DNA of 63,533 bases, the filler included, from Stramenopiles sp. TOSAG23-3 (taxonomy: Eukaryota), in NCBI GenBank assembly GCA_900128585.1. It is 13 parts of 13 records of this genome, joined end to end, with 100 filler letters (N's around TTAATTAATTAA, not from the genome) between each part and the next. Parts side by side here need not be neighbours in the genome. Positions count along the whole stretch, not along the records: positions 19,634 to 24,436 come from LT643699.1; positions 24,537 to 29,338 come from LT643700.1; positions 29,439 to 34,233 come from LT643702.1; 10 more parts are not named here. One strand, 5' to 3'. The translations under genes were made by a program, and so were the position numbers. Of the stretch, positions 19,765 to 29,583 are shown piece by piece. The number at the start of each line of letters is the position of its first letter. Position 1 is the first letter of the stretch. Under the pieces are notes generated by a model. It had not been told where the DNA came from and ran no database searches. It saw nothing but the letters and a program-made list of their open reading frames with translations.

Positions 19765-21961
19765 ATGTTGTTACGACATAGTGGATACAGACTACACCTT
19801 TCAGCATCAAGGTCTAGATTATCTTTACCGAGAAGTCGTTCTTTAAGTTATATTGTGTCTCCTCCTAGGTCAAATTTCCGTAAATTTGGTATATATGGAT
19901 TAGCAGCAGGATCAGCTGCTTTCGCGGCAGCAGTTGTGAGCAACCAAAATACTTTTAGTGATGATGCCCCTGTTGCAGGAACCTTTGGCTCGGGTGGAGC
20001 TCCTCCAGAAGGTACATTGAACCGAATCTTCTCCTTGGACGAGTTTCGCAACGCACCTGAAGGTCGCGTTTGGGTCAGTCTCAATGGTGGTGTTTATGAT
20101 GTCACTAACTTTATGGATGCTCATCCTGGTGGTGCTATGCGTATCATGATGGTTTCTGGTCAAGATTTGCATGCCTTTTGGCGGGTATATCACGAAATCC
20201 ATGACCGACCTCACATTCGTGAGTTACTCGAAGACTATAGGATTGGTAGTTTATCCCCTGAAGATGCCATCATTGTCAAAAATGAGTCTCAATTTGAAGA
20301 TGCATACAAGGATGATCCAGAAAGGCCAAAAGCAACAGAAATGCGCATACCATCAACGAAACCTTGGAATATGGAACCGCCACTTAGAGCTTTGGTGAAT
20401 GATTTTTTAACTCCAAATGACTTATTTTTTGTACGTAATCATAATCCTGTACCCAGCGTTGATATTGAAGATTATGTTTTAGAGATTGAAGCAAATGAAG
20501 ATGCAGGAACGAAAGAATTAAAACTAACTCTTGCAGATCTCAAGACTAAATTTCCCAGACATGAAGTCGTATCTGCTTTACAATGCGCTGGAAATCGACA
20601 AGAAGATTATGTCACCCCTGATCGCCCTTTATATGTCGCACCTCATTGGCGCGGTGGTGCAATTGGTTGTGCAAAATGGGTGGGTGTAAAAGTTCGAGAT
20701 ATATTTCGTGTTGCAGGTTTAGATGTAGATGGTATGTATGTTTTTATCACTTAATTTCAAATTTATTTTCTTTTGTACCAATTTTCGTACCTAACAAATT
20801 TCAAACGTACGACATATTTTTTCACAATATATGGCTTTAGGAAACGTTTCTCATTCTAAAGTGAAAATAGTAAATTTTATTGGAGAAGACCAGGATGAGA
20901 CTGGGACACCGTATGCTGGAGTAATACCTATTGAAAAAGTAGTAAATCCATTTGGTGATGCAATTCTTGTATGTTGTCCACTTAAAAAATTTCAAAGTTT
21001 TTACAAAGAAAATTTTTTACCTAACGATTTTTATTTTTTTAAATATTTTTCCACAATTTTTGCGTATGAGATGAATGATGAAACTCTACCACGTGATCAT
21101 GGATACCCTATTCGTCTCTTAGCTCCAGGACATGCTGGTTGTCGTAATGTGAAGTGGGTTTCTAGAATTATTTTGACTGAAGCTCCGTCAGAGTTGGACT
21201 CTGGATCAAAACTTGATCGTCATTTTGCACCAGATGTAACATTTAAAGGTCACATACGTGAAGGAGAAGATAAACTTCGACTCGATCAAGGTCCTGTAAT
21301 TCAAACTTTACCTGTCCAGTCTGTCATTTCAGAACCTCCTGATAGAGCTACTTTATCTGGTCAAATGGATAGTGTAACTGTAGAGGGTGTAGCTTGGTCT
21401 GGAGGTGGTCGTGGGATATGTCGTGTTGAAGTATCTATTGATGGAGGTGATTCTTATCAAGCTGCTGAGTTATTTAGTGGACCCATCGGAATACCAAGAA
21501 GTAAGAGAGAATTGGTTATTCAAAGACCAAATGATCGTGCCAAAAATCCAGACTCTGCTAATTGTGCTATGAGATCAAATCCTCAATCCGGCATGGGAAG
21601 TCACTGGGCATGGCAACAGTTTCAGCAAAAAATTGCTTTACCGGATCATGTAAAAGAAAAACTTCGAAATGGTGAAAAAGTTGAGTTGGAAATTGTAACA
21701 AATGCAATTGATGGTGATTTTAACTCTCAACCAGAAAAAATGACATCAACATGGAATGTTTTAGGTATTTGTTGTAATCATCAAGCAAGAGTAAAAGTAA
21801 CTTTAGACCCAGAAAAGAAATGTACTGAATGTGTTGATGCTCCAAAAATGCCAGCTGGTGGAAGTCATGTCTGGCCTGTTGAAAACCCAGGATTTACATA
21901 CCGTGTAGATGACAATGTTGCTTGTGGACCCGACGGGTTTCAATGTCCAGGGAGAGCATGA
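19765..21961 (+). CDS. SUOX: Animal-type sulfite oxidase (mitochondrial presequence, cytochrome b5, Moco and dimerisation domains) with two introns
   Basis: VYDVTNFMDAHPGG (b5), FFVRNH, LQCAGNR (Mo-ligand Cys), AYEMN..LPRDHGYPIR, GVAWSGGGRGI.RVEVS. AT-rich insertions at ~20736-20832 and 20969-21061. Confidence 0.92.
20736..20832 (+). other. SUOX intron 1 (alternative canonical boundaries 20732-20840)
   Basis: GTATGT donor, TACCTAAC at 20788-20795, in-frame stop, frame change between exons. Confidence 0.7.
20969..21061 (+). other. SUOX intron 2 (93 nt, apparent GT...TT ends)
   Basis: GTATGT donor and TACCTAAC at 21018-21025. Removal restores DAIL|AYEMN. Confidence 0.7.
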
Positions 21962-22033
21962 TTTTGTGTAGATGACAATGTTGTATGTGGATTCTAGTAT
22001 TTTTAAGAGATGGTTTTTTTTTGATGCATTTTA

Positions 22034-22090
22034 TATTGAGTCATTGTTACTGATGTATATAAAATTGAGTCATTGTTACTGATGTATATC
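22034..22090 (+). repeat. Tandem duplication of a ~29-bp unit (ATTGAGTCATTGTTACTGATGTATAT)
   Basis: Two adjacent copies. An 18-bp repeat GTGTAGATGACAATGTTG also flanks the SUOX stop (21903, 21966). Confidence 0.85.
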
Positions 22091-22208
22091 AAATACTTTT
22101 TATTTAATTTATTGTACTAAATCTTTGGAGATTTAATGATTTCATCTCTTATCATTTTGCTTTACAAATAGTGTTGTGCGCATTGTGACATTCCATAGCA
22201 TTTTTTTG

Positions 22209-24434
22209 TTACAAATATGTTTCATCCTCAGAAAAATCTTCTGCAACAAGAGGTAAATCATTTACAGAATCAGATATTTCTTCTTCAGAATTTACAGAAT
22301 CAGATATGTTTTCTTCAGAATTAGGTAACTCTTCTGTAATACCTTGTAAGTCTTGATCAAATGTATCCATAAGTTGCTGTACATTGACAGAGTCAGGTAA
22401 ATCTTCTCTAACAATTTCTTTCTCATCTGAAGAATCTTCCTCATCTGAAGGCTCATAGGAATACTTATTTTCATCGACAGAATCTTCCTCAATGGCAAAT
22501 TTTGATGGTGCAACTGACTGCAAATTATTTTCGTATGTAATTTTGTTATTTTCTAAACTTTGATTTGAGGAATCCCCTAACACTTGCCGTGCAACAGCCA
22601 CTTTTCTTCGCAGTTTTCTATGGTGAAAGCCCTCAAGCTTTTTCCTCACAGGTGGAATCATTGTAAACACAACAATTCCACCATATAGTAAACCACAACA
22701 GTGGGATCCTACCAGTACCTCATTCAGACCAGAAGAATCACTTGTCAACATGCCACTAGAAATCAACAAATTTGAGAAAAATACACCCATTGTGAGAAAA
22801 AGTAAAAGTGACTGAAGACTAAAATCGCCATTTCGTCGAAATGGTTTCACAATTAAGCAAAACATGAAGAAGAAAAATGATGTTGCTACAGATACACAAT
22901 TACGATACACGCCAGCCGGCCAGATTGTTAAAAATCCTGTCATAGCAGCTTTTCGGATCATTTCAACAAACTCATACCACCATACACCATGACGATAATT
23001 CAAATACAAATTTCCATACTGCTCCAAATATTTAAAGTGTGTTCTGTTGATTTCGTCATTTGTTGAGATAGCAGTATACATGTCGTCATCCATATCTTCT
23101 TGTGCCACAAGCCAGTCTCTTATATGATAAAAAAAGATGCACGATGAAGCTGGTATACCAACTACATAAAAAGCTATTCCAATTTTAGCAGTTATTGCCA
23201 TCATTTCGTATTGGTCTCCAGAACATTCAATACTAAGATCCGCATATAGATATCTAATTCCATTAATTTCAAGACAATTGAAAACATTGAAGCACTTCAT
23301 ACAAAGACCCGGATACATCACAAATAATATATTGCTCATTAAGTTTCGAGCATGCATCCTTGCGCTACTTTTTGTAAACTTTAATTTAAAGTGGCAGAAG
23401 TTCTTTATACAAATAGCATTTGCCAAGGCTATTCCAATAAGTAGTAAACATAATGGAAGGAGTATGATATGGGTGTAGAACTTGTACTCAAAATTGGAAG
23501 CAAAACTGCATGGACCTAGGTCTGGGGCAATTTGTGTGAAATCTAAATTTACAATGTCAAGTGATTCAGAGAAGTTTTCAAAATCTTCAGGCTGTGGTTC
23601 ACCTGAAGTATACTTCAATTGGGATGTCACTTGTAGAAAGCTAATGATGAGCTTTACTGTGGACTGCAATTCTCCCCACTTCTGTGCCTTGTCGGTTTTT
23701 GACATTTGTCCCTCATGAATGTGTCGTCGTTTTCGACGTTTCAACTTTTCTTCAATTGACACTTGAGTTTTGGGTTTGGTTTTCTTGTGCAAAACTGTCA
23801 TTAATTTTTTACGCCCCTTGTTTGTATCCGCCATCTTGTGAATTTTATTGTGAAGAAAGCTTTGCTTCTTAAATATATTTAAATCATGAGTGTGTCGTTC
23901 TTTCGATGATCCAATGGGGATTACTTTTGTCACTGATGTGCCTGCCTCAAATAGAGTAATCATTTTTGATAACTTCTTCAATCTTCTTCTAGCTTTCTTT
24001 CTCTTTTCTGCTAAGACATCGTCATAAACTACAGGATTTGCCTTCAATGTCATCAATAAGATAAATACAATGTAAAGAAGTATACATAAAACAATAAAAA
24101 GTATATTGGGTGTATTTGAATTGTCTCCACTATCTGTGCAGTTATTGCAAGTGAAACCAGACAATGCCCACTCTGCACCTAATTTACATCCATTCTTCCA
24201 CTTTTCTGTACACGAATCTTTGCAGACATTGTCAGTATCTTTACACTTGGCTAAACATAAATCATATTTCTTTTGGGAACAGCATAAAGCACATAGCGGG
24301 CCAGTATGCCCCTCACGACAATTTCTTCCATTTGGGTTTGGATGGGGCCTATCCACACCCCCAAGGCATAAAGCAGTAGCATATTTTGGAGGTACGTAGT
24401 CTCCACAATAATATGGTGAAAAGTTTTCTGGTTT
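22209..24434 (-). CDS. Multi-pass membrane protein of the protist Cys-rich + TRP-C-like family (5'-partial)
   Basis: CREGHTGPLCALC, KLIISFLQV, YLYADLSIEC, YGNLYLNYR...WYEFVEMIRK. Frame is open to the contig edge. Confidence 0.85.
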   Translation of the reverse strand, partial: KPENFSPYYCGDYVPPKYATALCLGGVDRPHPNPNGRNCREGHTGPLCALCCSQKKYDLCLAKCKDTDNVCKDSCTEKWKNGCKLGAEWALSGFTCNNCTDSGDNSNTPNILFIVLCILLYIVFILLMTLKANPVVYDDVLAEKRKKARRRLKKLSKMITLFEAGTSVTKVIPIGSSKERHTHDLNIFKKQSFLHNKIHKMADTNKGRKKLMTVLHKKTKPKTQVSIEEKLKRRKRRHIHEGQMSKTDKAQKWGELQSTVKLIISFLQVTSQLKYTSGEPQPEDFENFSESLDIVNLDFTQIAPDLGPCSFASNFEYKFYTHIILLPLCLLLIGIALANAICIKNFCHFKLKFTKSSARMHARNLMSNILFVMYPGLCMKCFNVFNCLEINGIRYLYADLSIECSGDQYEMMAITAKIGIAFYVVGIPASSCIFFYHIRDWLVAQEDMDDDMYTAISTNDEINRTHFKYLEQYGNLYLNYRHGVWWYEFVEMIRKAAMTGFLTIWPAGVYRNCVSVATSFFFFMFCLIVKPFRRNGDFSLQSLLLFLTMGVFFSNLLISSGMLTSDSSGLNEVLVGSHCCGLLYGGIVVFTMIPPVRKKLEGFHHRKLRRKVAVARQVLGDSSNQSLENNKITYENNLQSVAPSKFAIEEDSVDENKYSYEPSDEEDSSDEKEIVREDLPDSVNVQQLMDTFDQDLQGITEELPNSEENISDSVNSEEEISDSVNDLPLVAEDFSEDETYL

Positions 24435-24881
24435 ATNNNNNNNNNNNNNNNNNNNNNNNNNNNNNNNNNNNNNNNNNNNNTTAATTAATTAANNNNNNNN
24501 NNNNNNNNNNNNNNNNNNNNNNNNNNNNNNNNNNNNTTAAGACTCTCTCTTTTGTAATCAATCATTGGTTCCTTCGAAATCTAAAATTGTTGTTTGTATA
24601 AATTTATTACTTAAATAACAGCATAATTACATACTCTATATTAATTTGTTTCTTAAATAACAGCCAATTTTCTTGCTTTTTGGATATTAATTTTTTTCTT
24701 TTTCTTTCCGTTGTTTGACGAGTGTTATATTCCAGTGAACTTTTATAGAAATGATCTGTAGTAAACAAATCGATCCTTCAAACGTATTATGTATCGGTAT
24801 TACTGCGTGCCTTCGACAACTTACACCCTTCCTACTGCAACAAAATTTTCCTTTCCGGAGCTTCATGCCCAGCGCTTGCAA

Positions 24882-25379
24882 TTAGCGCGACATCTCCAGA
24901 ACAGGGGCAGCGCCACCCCCTGCAGCCTTTTCCTTTGCTGCGTACACTTCTTTCAGAGCACCGATGTTTTTGCAGCACCCTGGAATGAATTTCTTCCTGT
25001 AGAACAGATTAAGCCCGAGCAAATTTACGGTGCATGGAACTTCGTCTGTAGCGGGCAAAGCTCCCCGGCAATCCAGAATGAAAAACTGACTGGTAAATTG
25101 CATGCACGTCTTGGGCTTGATAATAGAAACACTCCCTTCGCATAGAATGCAGTACTTCCCTTCCTCTTTGCTTCTTTTAAAACCGATAACATCGGTGTCC
25201 ATGCAACAAATTTGCCCCCCCGTGTTGCACCCCCAACAGTTGGTTGTATCAGTGTACAAACTTTGAATGAAGCAGCAGCAGGCATGGCAAGGAATAAGTT
25301 GGTCGACATTGATATCGTCCAAATGCTGTTGCGACAGGGTAACCCTGACTTGTCCCGCGTCTGCGTCTGGTGCTGCCAT
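24882..25379 (-). CDS. Small Cys-rich hypothetical protein, 165 aa
   Basis: ATG start and GC-richer than flanks, with clustered Cys (PCHACCC, CWGC, ICC, CILC, GCC). Confidence 0.7.
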   Translation of the reverse strand: MAAPDADAGQVRVTLSQQHLDDINVDQLIPCHACCCFIQSLYTDTTNCWGCNTGGQICCMDTDVIGFKRSKEEGKYCILCEGSVSIIKPKTCMQFTSQFFILDCRGALPATDEVPCTVNLLGLNLFYRKKFIPGCCKNIGALKEVYAAKEKAAGGGAAPVLEMSR

Positions 25380-26024
25380 TGTCCTATTAGTTTTTTAAGA
25401 TTTGAAACGTTGTTTTATTTTCAGTTTTGAAGAGGTTTTTACATAAAAAGGATAGTCTACATTTATGCAGTTTAACGAATGCTCAATCTTTTCATTCCCT
25501 TTACATGTGTTCATATATGTCCTCTTTCGTTTTCATATTCAACATTTACTGACACACACTCGCACCACACAAAAACACACGCACCACACAACAAAAAACC
25601 CACTTCAAAATCTTTTCTGTGCTGTGTGTATGTAGTTTTTAAAATCATTATTTTATTAGTATTTAATTACGAGGAGTAGTAGGTGTACGATGATATAGAC
25701 GAGTAAATAAAAAATTAAAAAATAATAATAATAAAATAATTGAAATTTTCAAAAAATAATACATGTAATAATACAGTAATAAAATAATTTTAATATAAAA
25801 AAATAAATGAACAAAAAAGAAGAAGTATTATTATTAATAATAATAGTAACGTAACGGCACGACAAGAAGAAGCAAAAAAAACAATATAATAAAATAATAA
25901 TAATAGAAGAGTAATACAATGAGAAGAGATATGACCGTACGTATCTTTGAATTTAATGTATTGTCTAAGTATGTGGAATGCCTATAATACATAAACCCTT
26001 CGGCTCGCTATACAAATTGTCAGC

Positions 26025-28907
26025 TCATGCATTCCCAGTCACTGCTTGTGCTTCACTAAGCGTCGTTGCCTCGAGGGATAAAACTTGCCCCGACAGCGAC
26101 CAAACCGTATCCGATATACACTCGAGGTGAACTCTGGACCCCATTGTCCCACCCGGGGCATTTGTCCACACTTGCGCAGTGTCTCTTCCCGAATCACCCG
26201 CAACAGTGCACAAATCCTTGGTATTCAACGTGACACAAAAAACCTGCTGGGTAGTTGTGCAGCTATCCGTGTACGTTTCTATAAATTCGTAGTTTGGAGA
26301 TGGGCAGTCAGTTGGAGTGGCGCACGGGTTACTTAAGCAGTTTGATACATTCCCGAAGGTGGCCGCCTGTTGACTTATACAGGTCTTAGTTGCGAAACGG
26401 TAGGCGCACTTTCCGAAGGCGTCCAAAACAACTTGTTGCGCGCTGTCCGCGGCAGCAACGTAGTATGAGCCCACGCTCGATATGACTTGAGCCCCTCCCG
26501 TTATTGTATCCGAAGCGCTCCTTCTAACTCTGTATCCACTTTGATCAGCTACGTTGTCTACCGAGTTTGTAACGACGTAGAAATCAAAAAAAGCCCCCAG
26601 GGTACTGGGGGTGCAGGCGGGTAGAGTCACGACAAACCCTGTCGCATTGTTGAGGTATATATGCGATCCAGAATTACTAGACAAGAGGGTAGTCGCAACA
26701 TTCAACTGCGTCACTTTGGAAAACGCCCCAGTTATTGACTGCCCAGAAAACTTAACTCCTTCTATATACACGTCTCCGTTTGTGGACGAAACAGTAAGAT
26801 CGGCAGACCCTCCATTCGCGCCGGTGTGCGTGACCGCCTGGGCACTAGTGGAACTGAATGCCATGCCCCCAGCGGCGGCGGTTATGCCCCCACCACTCGT
26901 TAGCCCCCCCGCGGTAATGGAAAGACCACCGGTCACAATCGACACGGCACCGGCGGTAGTCACTAAACCGTCCCCTCGGACACTAAACAAGTCAACAGGG
27001 GTACCACCGACAGCACTTACGGCTTCCATTATTTTCCACGTGGTTGCCGCAGCCTGCGTTGCCTCTAACCTTAGCAAGGACCCCGTGAAGCCGGACGCAT
27101 CGGTTTGCGTCAAGGTGACGACATCTACGTCGCCCGTGGCACTATTGGCAAAGTACGCGCCCCCGTCTTCCACGACTAGCCCGCCCCCAGAATAAAAATT
27201 TCCTGCGACGCCAAGACCACCGGCCACTATTACAGATCCTGTGGTGGACGACGTGGACACTGTGGTATCAGAGGCTATGATTTTCTGCCCCACGTAAAGA
27301 TGCTTTGCAATCCCCACCCCCCCCGTCGTTGTGAATGAGCCCGTGGTGGTGGAGGTACTTTCTGTGGTCGATGAAATAAACACTTGCCCAGTCCCATCGA
27401 CTTTAAACCTTGTGGTGCCACCATTGGTGTTGAAATCGCTTCTTACATTGATAAAATTGAAGTTTGTGCTCGCCGCCGAAGTCGTATCAAGCCTGAGAAT
27501 ATCGGAGGTAAACGCCGCAGAAGCGGCGCCCCCGGTAATGATTGGGTTGGCCCCATCGTCATAGACCTGGACTTGCCCTTCCGAAAGGGTGAGCCCCCCG
27601 CCCGCAATCGTGGCCCCTCCTTTCTCTATCTCCATCCCACTGACGGTCGTAACTTTACCATTCCCAGCGATGGTAAAGACCGTCGAGCCAGAGGCAGTAG
27701 CTTTTAAAAAATTAAATGCATCACTTGCACCCCGCGCTGCGCTAAGTTCCAGGACCGACCCTGTGTACGAATCCCCCGTCGACGATATGGTCATTGCGGA
27801 GGCCGAGTCAACTATCTCTTGCGTAACCCCTCTTGTATGGCAAGCTGGGCCGTAAAAGTTAGCGTAACAGACACAGTCCCCCGTTGCGGGGGCACAAACG
27901 CCACGGTTCGAGCAGTACGTGTACTCTTTCGTACGCGCTGTCGTTATCGCAATCGTGCACGATCGCCCCGTCCCACCACTCACTCTCTCGTCGGTGCACC
28001 CCATTTGGGTCAGGGAGGGGGACCCGCCGTTGACGTGCACGTTACCCTCGTACGGCCGTTCGGGAAACGCGGTGATGGTTATGGTATGGGTGGCCCCCTT
28101 TTGCCCCGTAGGGCTTGAGACGGCGCATGTCGCCGTCTCAACATTGTTCAGATTCATAATAGCCACCCCACAGTCAGAGTTTGACAGGCTATCTCCTAGC
28201 GCTGAAAACGTGGTGGATTCACCAAGAAAATGGAATGTCCACTGACCAGCCAGGGTTCCACCTGTTGCGGCAGTTGTGATTGTGAACACAAAGTCCGTTT
28301 GGCCTGTAGTCAACGGGTCATCGTTTTTCGGACAGTGCTTCAGCGTGCAGTCCGGACCGGTCCACCCGATGGAGCAAACGCAGCCGCGAATGATGTCTCT
28401 GTCCCACGGCGTGTACACGTAGCCCTTCCCATCTCCAATAGTCCCGTCCGTGGTGTCCGCGCCGTGAAAAAGGGCCGCGCGCCGTAGCGACATGCAGGTC
28501 CCGTGGCCGTTGCAAATGTTGTCGACATTCTCTTCTCCTTCGGCAATGTACGGTGGGCATGTTAAACGCTCACAAGCAGAGCCAGTAAACCCCGGCCTGC
28601 AAATGCAAAATCCTGTGGTCTTGTCGCACACCCCAACGTTCGAACACTCCGCCATGTGCCCCGTCGTATCGTGTGACCCTGCCGAGAACATAGCAGTCCC
28701 CTTCGGACACGAACGCACCGAGCAATCCTTTTCCCCGTCCCAACCGGTGTAGCACGTGCAAATACTGTAGAGACCACAGGATCCGTGGCCGTTACAATTC
28801 CCAGGGCATGTGCCTGCCACATTCTGCAGGAAAAACGCTGACGCCAATAGGATCAGACTGTGCAGGGAACTTTTCCAGCGACGACCAGCTACTGGGCAGT
28901 TTGACAT
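26025..28907 (-). CDS. Sig1/Ocm1-type mastigoneme (flagellar hair) EGF-like protein with a long C-terminal beta-repeat extension
   Basis: Signal peptide, then CPGNCNGHG...DCSVRSCP...ECSNVGVCDKTTG...YTPWD...CPKNDDPLT...CSNRGVC...C, matching the stramenopile mastigoneme layout. About 600 extra residues follow. Confidence 0.8.
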   Translation of the reverse strand: MSNCPVAGRRWKSSLHSLILLASAFFLQNVAGTCPGNCNGHGSCGLYSICTCYTGWDGEKDCSVRSCPKGTAMFSAGSHDTTGHMAECSNVGVCDKTTGFCICRPGFTGSACERLTCPPYIAEGEENVDNICNGHGTCMSLRRAALFHGADTTDGTIGDGKGYVYTPWDRDIIRGCVCSIGWTGPDCTLKHCPKNDDPLTTGQTDFVFTITTAATGGTLAGQWTFHFLGESTTFSALGDSLSNSDCGVAIMNLNNVETATCAVSSPTGQKGATHTITITAFPERPYEGNVHVNGGSPSLTQMGCTDERVSGGTGRSCTIAITTARTKEYTYCSNRGVCAPATGDCVCYANFYGPACHTRGVTQEIVDSASAMTISSTGDSYTGSVLELSAARGASDAFNFLKATASGSTVFTIAGNGKVTTVSGMEIEKGGATIAGGGLTLSEGQVQVYDDGANPIITGGAASAAFTSDILRLDTTSAASTNFNFINVRSDFNTNGGTTRFKVDGTGQVFISSTTESTSTTTGSFTTTGGVGIAKHLYVGQKIIASDTTVSTSSTTGSVIVAGGLGVAGNFYSGGGLVVEDGGAYFANSATGDVDVVTLTQTDASGFTGSLLRLEATQAAATTWKIMEAVSAVGGTPVDLFSVRGDGLVTTAGAVSIVTGGLSITAGGLTSGGGITAAAGGMAFSSTSAQAVTHTGANGGSADLTVSSTNGDVYIEGVKFSGQSITGAFSKVTQLNVATTLLSSNSGSHIYLNNATGFVVTLPACTPSTLGAFFDFYVVTNSVDNVADQSGYRVRRSASDTITGGAQVISSVGSYYVAAADSAQQVVLDAFGKCAYRFATKTCISQQAATFGNVSNCLSNPCATPTDCPSPNYEFIETYTDSCTTTQQVFCVTLNTKDLCTVAGDSGRDTAQVWTNAPGGTMGSRVHLECISDTVWSLSGQVLSLEATTLSEAQAVTGNA

Positions 28908-29259
28908 GGTGCAGTCTTTGAAGGTGCAGCTTCTGGCTCTAATAACGTGCTCCCAACACTATAGCAATAAATGATGGTTTTATCTTACGTTTTCGAAAAG
29001 TCTATACTCTGAGACATTAAGGATAATGTTTTGCAAATGAATCACAGGTACTTTTACAATTTAACACACATTATTTGTTACCTTCTAATTGTTTTAATAA
29101 ATAATATATAGTTGTTAGTCAATATATATTATTTATTATTTAATATTTGCACCTCCTCCGTCGTCGTCTTCTACTATAATGTACTACCATTGTTACAACA
29201 ACAGCAAACAACATCAAAACGAACGCAAGAAGTACTGAAGTATTAAAACAGTTATTAGT

Positions 29260-29260
<1 letters not shown>

Positions 29261-29329
<69 letters not shown>
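29261..29329 (+). repeat. (GAAA)n microsatellite
   Basis: Directly visible. Confidence 0.95.
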
Positions 29330-29330
<1 letters not shown>

Positions 29331-29583
29331 GTCGAAAGNNNNNNNNNNNNNNNNNNNNNNNNNNNNNNNNNNNNNNNNNNNNTTAATTAATTAANNNNNN
29401 NNNNNNNNNNNNNNNNNNNNNNNNNNNNNNNNNNNNNNAATTTTAACAGTAAATTTCGCAGTGGCAACGCGGCATAACAGTCCGAGGAGCGTCGCTTTTC
29501 CCTACAGCTTCAAGCTGCTTCAAGCGGCAGTATAAAAAAGCTGTGTAAAGGATAATCGTGTCGTTCTCCACATCAAGAAAACG

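Noticed and set aside
20738-21054. AT-AC (U12-type) reading of the SUOX introns
   Set aside because: No ATATCC donor; the equivalent cut for intron 1 (20738-20825) creates TAA, and for intron 2 it adds three residues within LAYEMN.
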